A DNA stretch of 63,510 bases, the filler included, from Nemertoderma westbladi (taxonomy: Eukaryota; Animalia; Xenacoelomorpha): NCBI GenBank assembly GCA_032718475.1. It is 4 parts of 4 records of this genome, joined end to end, with 100 filler letters (N's around TTAATTAATTAA, not from the genome) between each part and the next. Parts side by side here need not be neighbours in the genome. Positions count along the whole stretch, not along the records: positions 1 to 31,670 come from JAUCBJ010007708.1; positions 31,771 to 50,092 come from JAUCBJ010002840.1; 2 more parts are not named here. One strand, given 5' to 3'. Below are positions 27,210-37,990 of this stretch, piece after piece (the stretch's first letter is position 1; every line of letters begins with the position of its first letter). The notes under the pieces are model-generated. The model was not told where the DNA came from and made no database searches. It was given only the letters and a program-made list of their open reading frames with translations. Both the position numbers and the translations under genes were made by a program.

Positions 27210-30200
27210 CTTGTAAACTGGTTCATTCCAACTGACCACGTGTGAAGAGTGACCTGGGTCTTATCAACTGCTCACGTGTGAACTGGTTCTTACCAACTGT
27301 TCACGTGTGAATTGTGAACTGGGTCTTACCAACTGTTTACATGTGAAGTGTAAACTGGGTCATTCCAACTGCTCACGTGTGAAGTGTGACCTGGATCTTA
27401 CCAAACTGTTCACGTGGGAATTGTGAACTGGGTCTTCTCACGTGTGAACTGGTTCTTACCAACTCACGTGTAAATTGTGAACTGGGTCTTACCAACTGTT
27501 CACGTGTGAAGTGTAAACTGGGTCATTCCAACTGCCCACGTCTGAAGTGTGACATGGCTCTTACTAACTGTTCACGTGTGGAGTGTGATAGTGTGAACCA
27601 AGTCTACCAACTGTTCACTTGTGAAGTGTGAACTGGGTGCCTTACCAACTTTTCACGTGTGAACTGGGTCTTACCAACAGTTCACGTGCGAAGAGTGAAC
27701 CAGGTCTAGCAACTCTTAACCTGTGATGTCTGAACTGGGTCTTACCAACTGTTCATGTGTGAAGTGTGAACTGCGTGTCTTACCAACTGTCCACGTGTGA
27801 AGTGTGAACTGGGTCTTATCAACTGTTCACGTGTGAAGTGTGAACTAGGTCTACCAATTGTTAACGTGTGATGTCAGAAATGGGTCTTACCAACTGTTCA
27901 TGTGTGAAGTGTGAACTTGGTGTCTTACCAACTGTTCACGTGTGAAGTGTGAACTGGTTGTCTTACCAACTGTCCACGTGTGAAGTGTGAACTGGGTCTT
28001 TCCAACTGTTCACGTGGAAAGTATGAACTGGGTGTCTTACCAACAGTTGACGTGTGAAGTGTGAACTAGGTCTACAAATTGTTCACGTGTGTAGTGTAAA
28101 CTGGGTCTTACCAACAGTTTACGTGTGAAGTTTGAACTGGGTGTCTTACCTACCAACTGTCCACGTGTAAAGTGTGAACTGGGTGTCTTACCAACTGTCC
28201 ACGTGTGAACTGGGTCTTACCAACTGTCCACGTGTGAAGTGTGAACTGGGTGTCTTACCAACTGTCCACGTGTGAAGTGTGAACTGGTTCTTACCAACTG
28301 TTCACGTGTGAAGTGTGAACTGGGTGTCTTACCAACAGTTCACGTGTGAAGTGTGAACCAGGTCTACCAATTGTTCACATGTGAAGTCTGAACTGGGTCT
28401 TACCAACTGTTCACGTGTGGAGTGTGAACTGGGTCTTACAACTGTTCACGTGTGTGTGAACTGGGTGTCTTACCAATTGTTCACGTGTGAAGTGTGAACT
28501 GGGTGTCTTACCAACTATTCACGTATGAAGTGTGAACTGGGTGTCTTACCAACTGTTCACGTGTGGAGTGTGAACTGGGTAATACAAACACTTCACGTGT
28601 GAAGTGTGAACTGGGTCTTACAACTGTTCACCTGTGTGTGAACTGGGTGTCTTACCAATTGTTCACGTGTGAAGTGTGAACTGGGTGTCTTACCAACTGT
28701 TCACGTGTGGAGTGTGAACTGGGTAATACCAACAGTTCACGTGTAAACTGTTAACCAGGTCTACCAATTATTCACGTGTGAAGTCTGAACTGGGTGTCTT
28801 ACCAACTATTCACGTGTGAAGTGTGAACTGGGTGTCTTACCAACTGTTCACGTGTGGAGTGTGAACTGGGTAATACCAACAGTTCACGTGTGAAGTGTGA
28901 ACCAGGTCTGCTAACTGTTCACATGTGAAGTGTGAACTGGGTCTTACAACCAACTGTTAACGTGTGTGTGAACTGGGTGTCTTACAAATTGTTCACGTGT
29001 GAAGTGTGAACTGGGTATCTTACCAACTATTCACGTGTGAAGTGTGAACTGGGTGTCTTACCAACTGTTCACATGTGGAGTGTGAACTGGGTGTCTTACC
29101 AACTGTTCACATGTGGAGTGTGAACTGGGTAATACCAACAGTTCACGTGTGAAGTGTGAACTGGGTATCTTACCAACTATTCACGTGTGAAGTGTGAACT
29201 GGGTGTCTTACCAACTGTTCACATGTGGAGTGTGAACTGGGTAATACCAACAGTTCACGTGTGAAGTGTGAACTGGGTCTTACAACTGTTCAAGTGTGTG
29301 TGAACTGGGTGTCTTACCAATTGTTCACGTGTGAAGTGTGAACTGGGTGTCTTACCAACTGTTCACGTGTGGAGTGTGAACTGGGTAATACCAACAGTTC
29401 ACGTGTGAAGTGTTAACCAGGTCTACCAATTATTCACGTGTGAAGTCTGAACTGGGTGTCTTACCAACTATTCACGTGTGAAGTGTGAACTGGGTGTCTT
29501 ACCAACTGTTCACGTGTGGAGTGTGAACTGGGTAATACCAACAGTTCACGTGTGAAGTGTGAACCAGGTCTGCTAACTGTTCACATGTGAAGTGTGAACT
29601 GGGTCTTACAACCAACTGTTAACGTGTGTGTGAACTGGGTGTCTTACAAATTGTTCACGTGTGAAGTGTGAACTGGGTATCTTACCAACTATTCACGTGT
29701 GAAGTGTGAACTGGGTGTCTTACCAACTGTTCACATGTGGAGTGTGAACTGGGTGTCTTACCAACTGTTCACATGTGGAGTGTGAACTGGGTAATACCAA
29801 CAGTTCACGTGTGAAGTGTGAACTGGGTATCTTACCAACTATTCACGTGTGAAGTGTGAACTGGGTGTCTTACCAACTGTTCACATGTGGAGTGTGAACT
29901 GGGTAATACCAACAGTTCACGTGTGAAGTGTGAACTGGGTCTTACAACTGTTCACCTGTGTGTGAACTGGGTGTCTTACCAATTGTTCACGTGTGAAGTG
30001 TGAACTGGGTGTCATACCAACTGTTCACGTGTGGTGTGTGAACTGGGTAATACCAACAGTTCACGTGTGAAGTGTGAACCAGGTCTTCCAACTGTTCACG
30101 TGTGAAGTGTGAACTGCGTCTTACAACTGTTCACGTGTGTGTGAACTGGGTGTCTTACCAACTATTCACGTGTGAAGTGTGAACTGGGTAATACCAACAG

Positions 30201-30236
30201 TTCACGTGTGAAGTGTGAACTGGGTCTTACCAACTG
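27210..30236. repeat. 36-38-bp minisatellite, about 80 copies, with higher-order structure
   Basis: Unit gtgtgaactgggtgtcttaccaactgttcacgtgtgaa. A block of about 662 bp recurs at 28621, 29283 and 29945. Confidence 0.95.
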
Positions 30237-31595
30237 CTTCTCAACAACCTACCCCCATATCATTTAAAATACGAGCCTTGCCCCTTCAAACTAGAAATAA
30301 TACATATATTATTAGAAAATTTAAGCCTCTAAGTAGTGCATACCGGTATAACCACCAGCACTCAACCCTTAGATGTGTTCCCCAAGCCTAACCCTAGGCT
30401 CACAGTAGTGTTTGTCTTTTATTTCAATTTATTGTAGTAATGCGTGGCCCCTAAGTCGGCACAATAACAATAATAAATAATAATTGTCTGGAATGAAACG
30501 AATGATCTGTATAAAACACTCCAAGATTGTCCGTCCTCTCCCCCTGTGATGCCTGTCCAGTGCAGTGCTCACCTGATGATATATTATATTGGTGATTAAC
30601 AGTGGCCCTGCCCTAACTATAAAACACGTCAAGCGAGAGAAATATATCCCCTATAGGCATGGAAATTACCAGCTTGTTTGTTAAAGTAAATCCTTCCCGG
30701 GCCCTTAGCAGTGGGGGACCAATCGTAATGAGACCTATTATCCCATACACTGAAGAATTACAGAAACTAGGTACAATTAACGAACAATGGAGAGCGTTTC
30801 AGGGCCTTAATCCACATAGAGTGGTGGCGGTTGCCCCTGTAAAGTGTAAATAGGCGAACCTTTCAAGCCTGGCTTACAATTTGTTACCCAGTATAATGGG
30901 GATGTATTTGTTAGCTTTCAGTGCTAAACAGAGACCATTGTATTCACTGCCCTTACTATTGAAAGGTGGAACAATGGGGAAGGGAACTTGAGTCAATTTA
31001 GGTATGTCAGTCGGCTGCACCCATTGTTCGGCTAGTGCTATGTACAACAACAGCTTTTTGTGAGAGAGTATAAAGGCATTTCTTATGTGGAATAATAGGG
31101 CTATCGTGGTGGAGGTTGGATTACTTATAACTGCGTCTCGACAACGCACTATTAGTGGATGTATATCCACAGTTGTTGTAGGAGGAGGCCATGTCGGGAA
31201 CACTCAGTCCTGGAAGGGGCCTATCATAGCCCTTCTTTGAAGCCAGTCGGATTACCATTCTAATGTAACTACACTGACAGTGGACTTCTCTTTTTTTTTA
31301 GCTAATTGTTTACTTTTAATTGACTTCACGCTCCATTTCTAAAGAAATTGTAATATCACATGCAATAGAGCACGCGAAAATATCCCCACTCACCCACACT
31401 TTCGAGTGGTAGATGTTCATACATTGTCATACTGTAGTGCATAACGGCCATCATCGGTATTAAACAAAAATTCAATACTCATCTATATGGGAAGTCCGCG
31501 AACTTCTGCCTTGAAAATTGACGGCAAATCCAATCTGCCGTTAACTTCTGTAAACTTTGGTGTAGCTGTCAATCCGTTTCCTTTAATTGACATCC

Positions 31596-31670
31596 CTCCG
31601 CAGGCCGTGGTTTCGATCCCAGCATGGGTCCAGGGCAGTTTTCGTTTCGACACGAATGCTTTAAAGCGAC
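31596..31670 (+). mobile_element. tRNA-derived SINE fragment (same family as 42120-42392), cut by the contig end
   Basis: ggtttcgatcccagcatgggtccagggcagttttcgtttcgacacgaatgctttaaag closely matches 42168-42222. Confidence 0.75.
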
Positions 31671-31770
31671 NNNNNNNNNNNNNNNNNNNNNNNNNNNNNN
31701 NNNNNNNNNNNNNNTTAATTAATTAANNNNNNNNNNNNNNNNNNNNNNNNNNNNNNNNNNNNNNNNNNNN
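31671..31770. other. Assembly gap / artificial contig linker
   Basis: 100-nt block of N44-TTAATTAATTAA-N44, which gives stop codons in all six frames. Confidence 0.97.
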
Positions 31771-32636
31771 GCCTGGAGTCTGTATTAATTGATATTTAAG
31801 TTTCACAGATGTCATAAAAGGTAACAAACAACACACTCTCCTTTAAAGGCACAAGTAAGCTCATGTTCATACTAGAGAAACAGCTAGTACGTACTTGTGA
31901 AGGCTAGTACGAATTAACTTTCTGAATATCAAACGCAAGTAATTAATAGGTAGTAGTTACTAGGAAGTAACTACTACCTAGTAATTACTTGTTAGTAGAA
32001 AGACTTTGCTTTTCTGAATACGAACCCCTAGTAGTTACTACAATTTCCCTAGTAAGTACTAACTACTAGTTATTCTGAATACCAGCCATTACCTTGGTGT
32101 TGGTAGTGGAGTACCAGGTGCCGCAGTACTTTAATAAAATCAATAATACTTGAATACGGTGGCCTAATAATATTACGTAGTGCTAGCGCAGTAGCGCCAA
32201 TTTCTGAAGGCATTCGTATTATCTGATTATTCACCCTACTGCATACTGCCCTATCTGCCTATTATATTCGGATATTACCTAGGCCAGGCCTATTGGTATT
32301 CAGTATTATACTGTCTGACTGTTATATCACTATCATTATATTATATTATACAGTAGGCCTAGGCTATAGGCCTATTCGATTCAATATATATTATATACAA
32401 TACAATACAATATTCAGATATTAAATTAATATCATTATCTGATTATAATATAATCTGATAATATAATTACAGAAATTATTATTAATTAGGCCTACAGAAT
32501 AATAATAGTAGGCCTAATACTGTAATAATATAATTATTTATTTATAATTATCTTAGTTTGTTAGTTCTGTAGTTACCAGGACAGGACAGGTATCTCATCG
32601 CATATCGTACTTTTAATTATCTGATTATACAGCGAT

Positions 32637-32715
32637 ATGTCATCGTCGTCTGATTTTCCTATGTCAATTGGAAGACCAACGCCAACCAGCAGTGCCCCGA
32701 CCACACCGAGAATGG
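32637..32715 (+). CDS. PFKFB: Candidate first coding exon of PFKFB (MSSSSDFPMSIGRPTPTSSAPTTPRM)
   Basis: ATG-initiated and ends in a strong donor G|GTAAGT in phase 1, compatible with the downstream exons. No homology evidence. Confidence 0.55.
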
Positions 32716-32774
32716 GTAAGTCTGTAACTGTAAGTAGCATAGCACCGCAGTACAGGATGGCAGGTCGCTGTCAG

Positions 32775-34432
32775 GGGTGTAACTTTTGCGTAGAGGTATA
32801 GCCTACATAGAGGCTACATGTAGGTATGTGTAGCCTACATGTAGATGCACGTGTAGGGTGAATGTAGGTAGGTGTAGGTAGGTCTTTAAAATCAACAATG
32901 ATGAATGAATAGGCCTACACGGGGTACCCGGACCGGAACTTCCTCGATGAGATGCGAATGCGGCGAACGGGAACAACCACGAAGAGATGCGCATATGGCG
33001 GGCGGTGGTACCCGAAACAACCAGGAGGAGATGCGAATACGTCGAATGGGGGTCCCCTGAATACCCACGAGACGGAGCCTATCAATACTACAGTACTGAC
33101 ATAAAGGAAAAAACGACTGAACGATATACCGATACATACTGTAGATCTTATGATCCTGCGGGTTCAGGCATGGAGGCTAATGACTTTGTATGGGCCGAAC
33201 GGCCCGAACCTGATGTTTCCAGTCAAGGAGGAATCGACTAACGGTTAGGGTTAGAGCTCGTCGTCGCGTCGGTGTCCATGAGGGTCTGAGGATGAGTGGG
33301 TGATTCAACAAAACGCTAACAATGATACCGGACTGACTGATTGAACCAGAGTGGCGATGGTAGTCGCTGATGTATATATATTATATATATCATGTATTGA
33401 TTGTTAGTAGATATTTTTTTATAATATTTGTTTATTAAATTGTCTTCAATGTCTATATTGATAATATTGTGTGCAGATTTTACTTATTTTCCATTTTATA
33501 AATCTTGCTGTGGCCGTTTTAATCTATTATAAATTGCCGTATCAATTTCATGATATTTTAATGGATATGCAATTTAACTTCTTCTTTCTATTAACTTTCA
33601 ATGCAATCAAATATAACTGTAAAGCTATTGACTTTCGTGTTATTGTTTTGCTGTTACTTCGAGATGGGATTTGAATCCCATCGGATTACTGATTAATTCC
33701 CATCATCGAGATGGGAATACTTTATAATGAAACAGTGTGGTGGTCCGCGGGATAGTGGGAAAGGGATGGGACTGTGGCTGGTTGGTGGAATGTGACTGAC
33801 TGCCTGAAAAATTAAAACAAATAAAACTTCCAGACTTCTATATTTTTACTTTCAAAACAAAACGTCCAAAACATTTCAATGCTGAAGTACTGTTCAAGTC
33901 CCATGGATGTATGGTTGATAAACAGATAAAGAGGGGCAGAGGGGGGTCAGGGTTTCTGGTAGACTATAGTCCCCGCGATGATGGCTGTTTGTTTAGGTTA
34001 CTCTTACTCAATAAACATATAAATCAGAACGAGTTAATCTAATGGAACGATGTCTTTCGTGGCGTTAGCATACTCAAATTTATTAGGGCCTAATATTTAT
34101 TATGACGAGTAAGGGACTTTCTGACTTTAGTATAATCAGAACGCGATGTTTGATATTTATACAGTACTGCAGTATGCAGTAAAACCTGTTGTCTGACAGC
34201 AGACAGGTCTGCAGGTTGATGTACCGTATTGTACCGTGGAGATCAGAGATTATTGCCATACATCCTGATTGACGACCGTGTATCACGTTACTGCAAGTTG
34301 ACACATAAATTACATTAATATCTATGGGACTACACCTACCTACATTCACCCTACACGTGCATCTACATGTAGGCTACACCTACCTTCATGTAGCCTCTAT
34401 ATAGGCTATACCTCTACGCAAAAGATATACCC
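32775..34432. mobile_element. Non-autonomous Mutator/MULE-like element with TIRs of about 100 bp and a 9-bp TSD
   Basis: Left gggtgtaacttttgcgtagaggtatagcctacatagaggctacatg... is the reverse complement of right ...catgtagcctctatataggctatacctctacgcaaaagatataccc. Flanked by cgctgtcag at 32766-32774 and 34433-34441. Confidence 0.85.
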
Positions 34433-34675
34433 CGCTGTCAGTCGGTAGGTCAGTATAGTCAGCCAGTAGGCGTTAAGTTAAGATGTGCCCCAGAAGAATA
34501 TTTACAAACCTCATACCATCTCGGCACTGGCAATGTAATTCAACCTAAATTAAGAACCAATCAGAGATCAGCAGTTGTGATAAGGAACTCAGTGCTGCTG
34601 CTGAGACCGCATGCAGGTATGGGGTTTGGGAATATACCACTTTCAAACCCCAGGCGATGTCAGCACTTATTAAAT

Positions 34676-34897
34676 TATGGTGGCCCAGAAGGGACAACTT
34701 AAAAAATATTTCAGTTCGAGTAAAAAAAACGACAAAAACTGAAAAACAAATTTTTCATGAATTCTTGTTTTTGTCGTTTTTTTTTATTTGTAGTAAAATA
34801 AAAAAAAACGACAAAAACAAGAATTTCATGAATAATTCGTTTTTGTCGTTTTTTTTTACTCTAAAGGAAATTCGATTGTCCCTTCTGGGCCACCATA
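34676..34897. mobile_element. MITE with TATGG..CCATA termini and a 6-bp TSD (IS3EU-like)
   Basis: TIR tatggtggcccagaagggacaa / ttgtcccttctgggccaccata, TSD ttaaat on both sides, and internal nested palindromes aaaacgacaaaaac / gtttttgtcgtttt. Confidence 0.8.
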
Positions 34898-35842
34898 TTA
34901 AATGGAAAAAAGATACAATAAAAATAAAGAAGTACTCTGACTTTGGGGGATGTACAGATGTATGTGGGCAATGCGCCTGAGCCCTGAATGCAATGAATGG
35001 GCCTGCCGTGCAGACTGAAACACGAATTGGAGTATAGTTCAGGATCAGCAGGAAATATAAATATATAATAATAATGAAGAGGGTTTTTTCTAATAAATTT
35101 ATTTACTTTTCATATTATTCTTAAATGCTATTTAAATTTTTATTAATTACCGGTACCTTGAACACAGGTATAATAAATATTATCAGAATTGATTTTCTAT
35201 ATAGCCTACATTTTTGACACTTTGCGACAGGGTCATCGTTAGATCGTATGATGTGATAGAATTTCGATGGAATTGCAATGTACCACTATTGTCTTTCCTC
35301 GTAACATATTCCATGTGCCGAAGCCAATATTCCCACTAAATATATTTGTATTCACAGCTCAATCTCAATTTATTTATATATTAAAGTGCCGACATCGCAT
35401 AGGGTTTGGAAGTGGTGTATTCCCAAACCCCATACATACCGTATCAGCACTACATATTTATTATCTGCTGCTCTCTTATTAGTTCGTCCTTTAGGTTGAA
35501 TTGCATTGCCAGTGTCGAGACTATGTATGGGGTTTGTATATATATGCGCCCGGGAAACATTAGTTGTGATTTGGTTTGGAATTTGGCTTGTGTTTTCTTG
35601 TAATTTGTTGTGATTTGTACCGGTATGTCAGTATGTTTAGACAAGACTCGCACCCAAAACTGCAAATTGAGGACGATCCATCATAACATGACAAATTAAC
35701 GACTCCGGATGTCAGGTTGTATTGTAAGTCTGTAAGTCCGTGCCATGCATATCGATCGAGATATCAGGAAATATAAATATAGCCGAGTTGTATTACTGCC
35801 CGATTATTTACTGTATTATTTACTATGTATTGTTATCAGCAG

Positions 35843-35896
35843 ATTCTCCCCCACCCACCACAGCGAGGATGACAGCCCGTGGTAGTATAGACACAG
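35843..35896 (+). CDS. PFKFB: Candidate 54-nt symmetric PFKFB exon (DSPPPTTARMTARGSIDT)
   Basis: Acceptor ttatcagcag (NAGNAG), donor G|GTGAGG, phase 1-1, and open in the frame joining the upstream and downstream exons. Confidence 0.5.
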
Positions 35897-36872
35897 GTGA
35901 GGCGACTGGTGACTTACCTTATGCCTTAGTAATAGTACAATGGCAACCTTCTAGATCTCGAAACTATATGGCTTGAGATATTTTAACATTTCAAGTAGGA
36001 GGGGCGGGCCTCTATCATAATGCGAAGCTGGTAATGCTGAGTAACCTTATACAGTATTATATTAATTAACAATGAAATCATATTGTCAGATTGCTTTGCT
36101 GCTGGTGGCTAAGTAGTGCTAGCGAATTACGGCTATGTTGTGTTAACAATTTATTTATGACTTATCCGTTATCAACCATTGGTTGATGTAGCTTTATGAC
36201 ATGCATCTTTGGCTATTACCATGGACATAAATAAGGATGTGGTTAGGAGTGCTGCTATAATTAATCAATATGAAATTCGCACGCGAATAACTTGCACAAC
36301 TTACAATCGCATTGTGTGCTGACTAAGACTAATCAATCAATAACTACGTATCTGCCTAACTTAAATTGATGCATGCTATGAAACGTTAACATTGAATCTG
36401 TTGATTAAATCAATTAACTTTTAATTTATTATGATGTATCGGACGGTCGTACTACCCGTCAAGAAATGTAGTATGTGTAATTATTTCATCTACTATCTGA
36501 CCAGCTGACTATCCATAAGACTGTAAAGTCGCGTTTGGTCCTAAGGGGCAGGGGCTTTGGGTCCCATTTTAAGGTTGCACTGCCACTGTTAAAAGTCTAG
36601 ACATGGTGGGATGGGGGGGGGGGGGGGGGGGGTTGACGCAAATTCCAGCTCCGCGAATTTATATCGCGTCTCAATGTTATATTTTCAATTAAAGGAAAGG
36701 AGCAGGTTACAAAAATAAGTTATTCTAGAATAACTTATTTTGGTTAGATAACCAAAACAAAGCTAAAGTCAATAGAACAGGTTACAGTTTTATTGTGGGA
36801 GTAATCAGCTGTTATTTGCGTCGATTTTCCCATGAAGAATGAATTTGAATGAATGAATCCCATGAATTTTCT

Positions 36873-37400
36873 CATGGTTGCCATTTCTGGCAGAGCACGG
36901 GAATAACATTGTACTTTCCTATGAGTGGTCTTAGGACACACACTCGGCTGATGATAACCGGAAGTTTGAAACCTAGGTACCGGGTTCTATGGAGAGCATT
37001 ATCATAATGTACTATAACATATTATATTTAATTAGCCGTCACCCTCCCCACATCAATTCATTTATAATTAATTAACACGCATGGCCGGCATACCGGGTAT
37101 CAGTGGTTTCTACAACACTGAATATAGTTATTCTTTGAGGCATGGTTGCCATTTCTGGCAGAGCACGGGAATAACGTTGTACTTTCCTATGAGTGACTGT
37201 AAAAGGCCTAAATATGATAGCCCACTCCAAAGCGATTAAATCTTCTACCGCCCTGGTACTCAGTGGTCTTAGGACACACACTCGGCTGATGATAACCGGA
37301 AGTTTGAAACCTAGGTACCGGGTTCGAGTCCCAATAGGGGCGGTTGATAGTTTTCGCTATGGAGAGCATTATCAAAATGTACTATATCATATTATATTGG
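36873..37400 (+). repeat. Local duplication of a repeat element; the second copy contains a tRNA-like segment (37247-37344)
   Basis: catggttgccatttctggcagagcacgggaataac...gaaacctaggtaccgggttc...ctatggagagcattatca occurs twice, and the first copy has internal deletions. A-box-like tactcagtggt, B-box ggttcgagtcc and closing stem accgccc/gggcggt are present in the second copy. Confidence 0.7.
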
Positions 37401-37559
37401 GTGTTTTAATTATGTTGGTGCGCCCCCGCCATTACTTTAGCTTTGGGGCACAAATACCTTCCAATTGAGGCTGCTATCTCGGTGTGCCTTTCATGTGCAC
37501 AAGCAGCGTGGGGAAAAATTAGACTGCTTTTTGTAGTTTTTATATTCTTATAAAAACAA

Positions 37560-37990
37560 CAAATAGCTGAGGACCATTGGGGAACAACATGTAAATTCCA
37601 GACATACAGCTCCTTCCAACCTAATTGCCTCGGACCACATAATCGTTGTTGCTCATAGTCGTTGGGTCGGACCCAGTTTGAGAGCCAGCAAACCCAGGAC
37701 AAGCTAGCGAATCGACTATAACTGGGAGAAACTAAGAACTGACAATGCAGTAAAGGATGCTTACACAGTAGAAGTTCAAAACAGCTTTGAACTTGAAGTA
37801 CTGCAGTCAATGGATGAAGGAAGACCATTCCGCCGATTCTACATACCAGAATGTAATATAAACCCACAAGGAATCCGCTAATTCCCCAGAACCTAAACGA
37901 AAACGGTGTACAACGAAAACGGTTACATGTAGTAAGAGAGAACATCTTAATTAAGATAACCTCAACATAAAACCGAACAACCAACATTCG
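37560..37990 (+). mobile_element. Degraded RTE-like LINE fragment (endonuclease-RT linker)
   Basis: DYNWEKLRTDNAVKDAYTVEVQNSFE at about 37714-37790 parallels HDWSSLLQQPSVRSSFTLQLSNRYE of the RTE at 61977-62399. Confidence 0.6.

Noticed and set aside
27210-30236. CRISPR array (36-38-bp palindromic repeats)
   Set aside because: No spacers; variation is point mutation and small indels of a single unit.
30600-30700. Hepadnavirus/DIRS-like RT motif (PIGDIFLSLDVFYS, minus strand)
   Set aside because: An isolated short resemblance followed by a stop, with no downstream RT motifs such as YxDD.
31715-31726. TTAATTAATTAA as a biological motif
   Set aside because: Identical in all three N gaps, so it is a synthetic linker.
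34483-34616. Alternative PFKFB first exon ending CAG|GTATGG
   Set aside because: No in-frame ATG was found for a phase-1 junction, and the nearby ATG frame hits a stop.
37247-37344. Genuine tRNA gene (e.g. tRNA-Sec, from ctcagtggtct similarity)
   Set aside because: No credible anticodon arm by eye, and it is embedded in a duplicated repeat.
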